From Desulfobacterales bacterium (lineage in GTDB: Bacteria > Desulfobacterota > Desulfobacteria > Desulfobacterales > UBA5852), in NCBI GenBank assembly GCA_963674755.2, contig CAXXVS010000002.1:2272001-2336000 (forward strand): 64,000 nucleotides of DNA, given 5' to 3'. This document shows positions 58,124 through 64,000 of this stretch, piece after piece. Each line of letters begins with the position of its first letter. Within the stretch, counting starts at the first letter, position 1. The notes under the pieces were generated by a model. The model ran no database searches and was not told the DNA's origin. It saw nothing but the letters and a program-made list of their open reading frames with translations. Both the position numbers and the translations under genes were made by a program.

Positions 58124-58573
58124 TTAACTTGGTCTCATGTATATAGCTAAAAAGGATAGCACTAATGCAACTTCAACGAACACAATTAAATATACGAGGT
58201 GCTTAAAGTATGGTTTTGATTCTTTTATATATGACATCCAACTTTTCTTTTCAGTTGAGTTGGATTTATTGATTTTTTCTAGTTTTCTTGTGCTTAGTTT
58301 TTTTTCCATTATGAATCGAAATGATGATATCCCGAAAAAAATCACTAAAATAAGCGATAACTTGTTTGCAAAATTAACAAAATTGATTGTGACAATTGCT
58401 CCTTCTCCTACAAGTACTGTTGAATGGCCTCCTCTATTACGCAATTGAATTTCATTTATTTCTTCAAACTTCTTTGTCCAATAACCATGAAGCATGAATG
58501 AATATATGGTAATAAGAATTAACAAAAATAGAATTGTATACATCGATTTTGATGATTTAAATTTGAATAGCAT
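58124..58573 (-). CDS. Cassette: membrane protein
   Basis: Three hydrophobic segments between attC sites. Confidence 0.78.
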   Translation of the reverse strand: MLFKFKSSKSMYTILFLLILITIYSFMLHGYWTKKFEEINEIQLRNRGGHSTVLVGEGAIVTINFVNFANKLSLILVIFFGISSFRFIMEKKLSTRKLEKINKSNSTEKKSWMSYIKESKPYFKHLVYLIVFVEVALVLSFLAIYMRPS

Positions 58574-58588
58574 TATTTAAATGTAGGT

Positions 58589-58658
58589 GGCTAACGACCA
58601 AGCTGAGACGCGCAAAACGCGCAAGCGTTTTCGCGTCGATTCCAGCGCCAGGTTAGCC
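58589..58658 (-). repeat. attC site
   Basis: ggctaac...gacgcgcaaaacgc...gcgttttcgcgtc...gttagcc. Confidence 0.9.
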
Positions 58659-59108
58659 TTGTTTTAGGTGTTTTGAAATATAGCGGACAATAAAATGCGC
58701 ATTTCCCGCCTCATTTTGAGCGAATTTTATATCCCCCTTATCCATGAATGCTTTTTCATGAATCAGTTCATTTCTTGTTCTTTGAAATTTTTCTGCTGTA
58801 TCCAAAATACTTGGATCTAAAATGCCCATCATTCTTAATTTTTCTTTATATGGCTTTTTATTGTGTTTATTAAACTGATTTTTACTATGATTCGTTACCA
58901 TGAATTGGTGAAATATTGCCTCAATCCACATAACAGCAAATACAACTACAATCATTGATTTCTTAAACGATAATTGGGAGGGATCGTATTTTATAATATA
59001 ACCACTACCATCTGCTTTAGGCGTTCTATTATTCTCTATATCCCTCACCATATCAGAATAATTGTCGTAAACAATTTGTTGGTAGATGTTTACGTTTGAG
59101 TAGGTCAT
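58653..59108 (-). CDS. Cassette: hypothetical protein with HEPN-like R-x4-H motif
   Basis: RNELIH near the C-terminus of a helical protein; family assignment tentative. Confidence 0.75.
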   Translation of the reverse strand: MTYSNVNIYQQIVYDNYSDMVRDIENNRTPKADGSGYIIKYDPSQLSFKKSMIVVVFAVMWIEAIFHQFMVTNHSKNQFNKHNKKPYKEKLRMMGILDPSILDTAEKFQRTRNELIHEKAFMDKGDIKFAQNEAGNAHFIVRYISKHLKQG

Positions 59109-59124
59109 TGATTATTACGCAAAA

Positions 59125-59185
59125 GGCTAACGATTTTGATGTGGGGCGCGCGCCTTTGCGCGTCCCAACCAGCAAGTTGTTAGAA
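59125..59185 (-). repeat. attC site
   Basis: ggctaac...ggggcgcgcgcctttgcgcgtccc...gttagaa. Confidence 0.9.
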
Positions 59186-59200
59186 ATAGAACTCTTTTGG

Positions 59201-59758
59201 CTAACTCTTTATATTAACGCCGTGATCCTTCAACTTCATTTCTAATTTACGAATATCATTTTTGATTTGATTATTTTGGTCATTTAACTCTGATAACCTA
59301 CTTTTAAACTCATTATTCGTCTTAATTGTTTCATCATTAATCAAGTCGAGTTTTTTTGTTATTAACTGGTAATGCTCTAAGTATTTTTCCGAAATAGCTG
59401 CGGCTATTATTATCTTTTCGCGGTTGGACTGTTTCATTTCTGCTTTTAGAATTTCATGGTGCTTCTTAACGATTTCTTCTTGGATTGGTAATATTTGCTC
59501 TTTAAACCATGTATTCTGTTTCATTGCTGGTGTTATCAATTCATTTCTACATTCAGGAAAGGTTGCCTTTTTCTCTTCAGTAATTATGTCACTAATCCTT
59601 TTGTATGGGCGTTTTTGAATGGCCTCATCAATCTGGTCAAACAATTGATTAATATTTATAAAAAATTTTGATATCAGTTCATCATCGTACTTTTCTGAAT
59701 GGCAGGACAAACCCGTGAACAACAAGGTAGCAATAATTATAAATAAAGTTCTTTTCAT
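59201..59758 (-). CDS. Cassette: putative lipoprotein, coiled-coil
   Basis: MKRTLFIIIATLLFTGLSC signal/lipobox-like start. Confidence 0.8.
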   Translation of the reverse strand: MKRTLFIIIATLLFTGLSCHSEKYDDELISKFFININQLFDQIDEAIQKRPYKRISDIITEEKKATFPECRNELITPAMKQNTWFKEQILPIQEEIVKKHHEILKAEMKQSNREKIIIAAAISEKYLEHYQLITKKLDLINDETIKTNNEFKSRLSELNDQNNQIKNDIRKLEMKLKDHGVNIKS

Positions 59759-59760
59759 AT

Positions 59761-59831
59761 TTCTAACGTTGAGTTGAGACGCGGGAAACGCGTCAGCGTT
59801 TACCCGTCGAGACTCAAACGATTTGTTAGAT
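59761..59831 (-). repeat. attC site
   Basis: ttctaac...gttagat. Confidence 0.88.
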
Positions 59832-59839
59832 GTGGTTCC

Positions 59840-60106
59840 TTATTTTTTTAAATAATCTGCAAGAAAAGCCAACACCATTAACGAAATAACAATATACCAT
59901 CCAATTTTCTCTCGCTTGGAAAGTGGTCGTTCAAAAATTTTCGCAAACGATTCATGAAAAGGTTTACTGAGCGGCCCATAAATTAAATTCCGTGCCATTT
60001 TTGTCTTGGTTCCGTTCCCATCTTCAGATTTCAATAATAAGAATCCAATAAAGAGAATTATTATTGAGACGATGGGTAGGATTTTGAATAATGACTCGGT
60101 TTCCAT
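59840..60106 (-). CDS. Cassette: small membrane protein
   Basis: Two hydrophobic helices. Confidence 0.78.
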   Translation of the reverse strand: METESLFKILPIVSIIILFIGFLLLKSEDGNGTKTKMARNLIYGPLSKPFHESFAKIFERPLSKREKIGWYIVISLMVLAFLADYLKK

Positions 60107-60119
60107 TTATTTGTTCAAC

Positions 60120-60178
60120 ATCTAACGCCAAAAATCAGCGGCGCAGCTTTTTGCGTTCGCTGGATTTTTTTGTTAGCT
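60120..60178 (-). repeat. attC site
   Basis: atctaac...cagcggcgcagctttttgcgttcgctg...gttagct. Confidence 0.9.
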
Positions 60179-61013
60179 GTAATTTTTCGTTGAATTTAAG
60201 ATGTACCATTTTTATGGCATTAAAAAATTTAATGACTTTAATAGAAGAGATATCTTGTTTAGCCCAATGTTCATCAATTTTCACCTTGGAGTAAAATGGA
60301 TATTCGTTAATAATTTCTATGTGTTGGTTCCATTTAGCAACGGACTCTGCTGAATTAATAGCCCAACGCATCCTTGCTTCTATATCACTTTTGCATTTAT
60401 TCTGTCTTTCACCAAGCCGATTAAGCCATAGCATAATTTTCGAGTAGATTTCGAACACCATTTCACTATTAGGAAATTCCTTTAATAAATCATTAAGCAA
60501 TCCTTTTACTTCTTTCTCGTTAAAATATGCTAATAACCCTGCGGCAATAATGAGAATTTTTGCCCCCCTTATTTCGATATCCTTGAACCAACTTCTATCA
60601 AAAACAGATTTAGCAATATATTTATTTCTTTCACCCTGAGGAATTAACTGATTCCTTAAAAAAATGGTGTCCTCTAAATCAAGATCGTACCAAAATATTC
60701 TTCCATTATCAATTCGATGGAACGTTGTATCTAATCCTGCCCCAATATTAATGATTGTTGCATCTGGCCAGGCACTGATTACATCTAAAATTTCTTTATC
60801 AAAATTGAAAGCACGAATTGCGCTGTTTATTTGTAAATGAGCCGGAATATTTTGTAAAAAAGTAGAGTCGAATTCAAGTTTAGATATTATTTCATGTGCA
60901 TATTTGTCCCTAATGATGGCTGAATCATTCTCATATTCTTTAGCCCGACCCCATAAAGGAATAAGCAGCGTTTTTTGCACTCCATTTAGGGTGGTTTTTA
61001 ATTTGTTTTCCAC
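60135..61013 (-). CDS. Cassette: class I SAM-dependent methyltransferase (leucine carboxyl methyltransferase/TcmP-like)
   Basis: TLLIPLWGRA, NIGAGLDTTF.R, WYDLDL. Confidence 0.88.
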   Translation of the reverse strand: MENKLKTTLNGVQKTLLIPLWGRAKEYENDSAIIRDKYAHEIISKLEFDSTFLQNIPAHLQINSAIRAFNFDKEILDVISAWPDATIINIGAGLDTTFHRIDNGRIFWYDLDLEDTIFLRNQLIPQGERNKYIAKSVFDRSWFKDIEIRGAKILIIAAGLLAYFNEKEVKGLLNDLLKEFPNSEMVFEIYSKIMLWLNRLGERQNKCKSDIEARMRWAINSAESVAKWNQHIEIINEYPFYSKVKIDEHWAKQDISSIKVIKFFNAIKMVHLKFNEKLQLTKKSSERKKLRR

Positions 61014-61072
61014 TAATCCATTTATCCTTTTAGATATTGATGGTTAATTTACGGAATAATTAACTAATTGAC

Positions 61073-61135
61073 AGCTAACGTTGTTGATGTGGGGTGCGCG
61101 TTAGTTTGCGCGTCCCAACCAGCAGCTGGTTAGAC
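61073..61135 (-). repeat. attC site
   Basis: agctaac...gttagac; near-identical to 59125-59185. Confidence 0.9.
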
Positions 61136-61158
61136 AAGCAGATATTTCATGCTGAGCG

Positions 61159-61833
61159 CTAATTTAGTGCACCCTTATTTGATAATATCTGTACCGTATT
61201 TTCGAATTCTTTATTTTCAAAAAACCCAAACGAATCTAAGGCTAATTTGTCATTTTGATTCAATTTAGCGCCATTCTTTAACAGATGCATCATTACAGTA
61301 GGGTGATCATAAATAATCGATCTATAGAGTGCGCTGTATTTTCCACTACCAGTATAATTAACATCAGCCCCATTTCGGACTAATAGGTCAACAATTTCGA
61401 TATTATCGAATTGAGCCGCGTTTGTTAGCAAAGTTCCACCATTTTCATCATCCCATGCGAAGTTAGGATCGACTCCTGCCTTTATCAATTCGTCTGCAAT
61501 TACTGGATAATTTCTTGTTATAGATAAGTAAAATGCCAAATTAGGAAACTCAATACTACCTTCCGGTTTTGATCCGCTTTTCAATAAAAACTTTACCATA
61601 TCGATATTGCCGGATGATGTAGCAATTGCGATCGGAGTATATTTAAGACTCTGGATTTCGATTGTACAATTTACATCAGCTCCTTTTTGAATTAACTGTC
61701 CAACCAATTTCGTATCACCAGATATCGTTGCCTCTAATAGTTTTTCATCCAAATCTTGGTTTGAATAACAAATGCAGTTAAATATTAAAATTGTAGCAGG
61801 GATTACGAATAAGAACGATTTCAGAGCATTCAT
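61159..61833 (-). CDS. Cassette: exported ankyrin-repeat protein
   Basis: Repeated LI.KGADVN / TP...A / LVRNGADVN units; signal peptide. Confidence 0.9.
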   Translation of the reverse strand: MNALKSFLFVIPATILIFNCICYSNQDLDEKLLEATISGDTKLVGQLIQKGADVNCTIEIQSLKYTPIAIATSSGNIDMVKFLLKSGSKPEGSIEFPNLAFYLSITRNYPVIADELIKAGVDPNFAWDDENGGTLLTNAAQFDNIEIVDLLVRNGADVNYTGSGKYSALYRSIIYDHPTVMMHLLKNGAKLNQNDKLALDSFGFFENKEFENTVQILSNKGALN

Positions 61834-61863
61834 AAATGTGCGCTTCTATTTATGTTTTGAATT

Positions 61864-61923
61864 GTCTAACGCTGCTAATCAGCCGCGCGGCTTTTTGCGT
61901 CGGCTGAATTAGCCTTGTTATGC
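61864..61923 (-). repeat. attC site
   Basis: gtctaac...cagccgcgcggctttttgcgtcggctg...gttatgc. Confidence 0.9.
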
Positions 61924-62040
61924 CTTTTCAGCGATGTAGCCACCAAAAAGGTATGACTGGTAAAATTTATAATTCTTTGTGAAACCGCTTGATTTCAACA
62001 GCTCAATAATTCTTTCTTCGGGTATGAATTGTAAATCCGT
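61918..62040 (-). pseudogene. 3' remnant of a deleted cassette gene (methyltransferase-like C-terminus)
   Basis: TDLQFIPEERIIELLKSSGF...FYQSYLFGGYIAEKA* with no start codon. Confidence 0.65.
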
Positions 62041-62043
62041 ATG

Positions 62044-62571
62044 TTAGCTTAGGATTTTATCTTTAACCTTCGACTGAAGCATCTCAAGGTCTTCAATAAA
62101 CTTTTTTTCGAGATCTTCCATGGCCTTACGGTTCTTATTGTAGGCATCCTTTCTAATTTTGAACAGATGTTTATTTTTATGAAGCAATGATCGTCGTTTT
62201 AAAAAATCTTCACGGGCTGTTCTATACTCTGCATTGATCTCAGATAATTTTTGCTCTTCATCACTATATTCTAATGGTGTCGTCCAGTCCCATGGATTTT
62301 CCCAGTTGATGCTATTAGGGTTATTGGATAGACGCCATTTGAAGGCTATCAAATCCATTTCTTGTTCAGCCTCTTTCATCGGTATCCAAAGCTCATAAAA
62401 TGATTTAACTTCAGGGCATGAATTTACAAGAATTTCTGATTCCCTCAACTCATGTAAATAAAACAATTTCTGTGCCTCAATAAAGAATTCTATTTTTTGA
62501 TCCTCAGCATGAGAATTTGAGGCTAATAAAATTGATATCAATAATGTTGCTATAGTCAGGATATTCTTCAT
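62044..62571 (-). CDS. Cassette: hypothetical exported protein (its attC is reduced to the inverse core)
   Basis: Signal peptide ending SHA; stop codon in AGCTAAC. Confidence 0.8.
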   Translation of the reverse strand: MKNILTIATLLISILLASNSHAEDQKIEFFIEAQKLFYLHELRESEILVNSCPEVKSFYELWIPMKEAEQEMDLIAFKWRLSNNPNSINWENPWDWTTPLEYSDEEQKLSEINAEYRTAREDFLKRRSLLHKNKHLFKIRKDAYNKNRKAMEDLEKKFIEDLEMLQSKVKDKILS

Positions 62572-62576
62572 AAGAG

Positions 62577-62660
62577 AGCTAACGTAGAGTTAACTGGCGT
62601 GGCGTCGTTTGCCACGTCCAAGCGGAGTGCAACGGAGCGATGTTGAACGACGGGTTAGCA
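62577..62660 (-). repeat. attC site
   Basis: agctaac...ggcgtggcgtcgtttgccacgtcc...gttagca. Confidence 0.88.
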
Positions 62661-63284
62661 CTTCAAGTGCTCTATATTGTTTATATATTTCACATTTCTA
62701 TTTTCAAAAACATCACCCTCTTGAAGCAAAGTGATACCACCTGGATTTGAAGAAAAATTGCAATAAGCCATGTTTGAAACTGGAATTTTTAACCAAGACA
62801 TAATAACGAATGTTAAAGCAAAGCCGTGAGTAACAACGATTGCATTTTGATTCATTTCATTTAGAATTTTCGCGATTGATTTTTCTATGCGACTTCCAAT
62901 TTCTCTTCTTGATTCCGAATTTTGGCAAACTCTATGATCTAGTCTATTACCATCTGTTGGTTTATAAGAAATTCTTTTGGATAACCAAGCTTGTTCATGT
63001 CCTTCCGCAATACCGTAACTTAGTTCACGAAGATTTGGATCATATATTACATTTTGCTTAAAAGCCAACCCAATAATTGCAGCTGTTTCTGCTGCTCGCT
63101 TTAAGTCTGAAGAGAATAAATTTACAGGCTCCGTATTTATTCTTTGTTTTAAAGACTGAGCAACTTTTGCAGCTTGATCTTTACCATGTTCAGTCAAACC
63201 AGTATCATACCAACCACCAACTTTTTTTTCTATGTGGTGAACTGATTGAGTATGTGTAACTATGTAAACATTCTTCATTTTCAT
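62655..63284 (-). CDS. Cassette: histidine phosphatase (phosphoglycerate mutase family)
   Basis: VTHTQS, LTEHGK.QA, SSDLKRAAETA, LRELSYG, VVTHGF. Confidence 0.9.
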   Translation of the reverse strand: MKMKNVYIVTHTQSVHHIEKKVGGWYDTGLTEHGKDQAAKVAQSLKQRINTEPVNLFSSDLKRAAETAAIIGLAFKQNVIYDPNLRELSYGIAEGHEQAWLSKRISYKPTDGNRLDHRVCQNSESRREIGSRIEKSIAKILNEMNQNAIVVTHGFALTFVIMSWLKIPVSNMAYCNFSSNPGGITLLQEGDVFENRNVKYINNIEHLKC

Positions 63285-63286
63285 GG

Positions 63287-63348
63287 TGCTAACGCCGGAG
63301 GTCACAGGGCGCACGGTCCATGCGCTCCTGTGCACGCCTTTGTTCGCT
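63287..63348 (-). repeat. attC site
   Basis: tgctaac...cacagggcgca...tgcgctcctgtg...gttcgct. Confidence 0.8.
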
Positions 63349-63398
63349 CGTCCTTAATTATATAAAAGACCGTATCAGCAACAAAACCTTTCCGTATA

Positions 63399-64000
63399 CT
63401 ATTTTTCGTCCCAGAAGGGCTTACTTTCATCGTCTTTCGGGAAGTTCGGATCGATATGCTTTTTTACTATTTTGTTACGAAAGTATACTTTTTCAGCTTG
63501 TATCCATTTTTTGTCTATTCTCCTGTATTGTACAAGCTGTAAAACGCGACCATTACGAGCCATTATTTCAATTTCATATCTTGCTTTATCAGCATTTTTA
63601 GGCAGCGTTAAAGTCCCAAGGGGATAGCCTTGACTCTTACCGATATTCCCAATTCTTATAATTTTTGCAGATTTATTAACCAGACTATAGAAATCACTGA
63701 GTGATAAATCGGATGGCTTCCCAGCCTCACGCCAATTATTCAAATTCTCAACCCTTTTGTCCAAATCATGAATTCGTACTTCAACGTCATATAAAGGATA
63801 TTCGCCTTCAGTAAGAAGTATTAAATCAATTCGGTTTGATTTAGATGCATTCATTAAAAGGTAACAATAGGTGTCTCCACCTGTTATTGAGCTAGCGATC
63901 TTTTCATTTAGTTCTGAATTTTTTATCGCCAAATTTGTATTTTTTTCTGATATTTCTGCAATCTTCTCAGTTTTTTGTTGTAGTGTTTCTTCTGATTGTT
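63399..64000 (-). CDS. Cassette: hypothetical protein, 5' end beyond the window
   Basis: Open frame continues to the window edge; ITGGDTYCY...ARNG. Confidence 0.75.
   Translation of the reverse strand, partial: QSEETLQQKTEKIAEISEKNTNLAIKNSELNEKIASSITGGDTYCYLLMNASKSNRIDLILLTEGEYPLYDVEVRIHDLDKRVENLNNWREAGKPSDLSLSDFYSLVNKSAKIIRIGNIGKSQGYPLGTLTLPKNADKARYEIEIMARNGRVLQLVQYRRIDKKWIQAEKVYFRNKIVKKHIDPNFPKDDESKPFWDEK

Larger units (their letters stand above)
47266..64000 (-). mobile_element. Integron gene-cassette array; integrase and attI not in the window (expected to the right)
   Basis: 18 imperfect palindromes bounded by ..AAC/GTT.. cores, each closing an AT-rich single-gene unit; core and inverse core of most cassettes are complementary. 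Confidence 0.95.

Noticed and set aside
47266..64000. Recurring repeats as a CRISPR array
   Set aside because: The repeats are divergent palindromes separated by whole genes, not identical repeats with short spacers; no cas genes.
1..64000. Integron integrase, tRNA or rRNA genes
   Set aside because: No tyrosine recombinase ORF and no tRNA or rRNA signature recognised by eye.

Overview
GC-rich chromosomal DNA, probably from an anaerobic sulfate reducer (Desulfobacterota-like; inferred from gene content), followed from about 47.2 kb to the window end by an AT-rich integron gene-cassette array on the minus strand. Left part: (i) a TetR-adjacent acyl-CoA ligase / 2-hydroxyacyl-CoA dehydratase-type operon with a four-helix-bundle gene inserted between inverted heptamer repeats; (ii) an orphan REC-NrtA-like-CheW fusion; (iii) a selenocysteine-containing MsrA that the ORF track splits; (iv) a SufC/SufB minimal Fe-S pair; (v) a sigma54-controlled cluster with an atypical SHMT resembling 2-methylserine hydroxymethyltransferase, plus an M20 hydrolase, a DUF3100 pair, alanine dehydrogenase and alanine racemase; (vi) a GEMM-I riboswitch (A20 type) ahead of a secreted 5'-nucleotidase; (vii) an IS630 element and several internally collapsed gene remnants. 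Right part: 18 complete attC sites and 2 half-sites, with no integrase in the window. Three group II intron derivatives all start inside the GTTRRRY core of an attC in the cassette-sense orientation. An IS4 element and an ISL3/IS481-like nest each interrupt a cassette. No rRNA, tRNA or CRISPR array was seen. All calls come from reading motifs by eye; no database searches were run.
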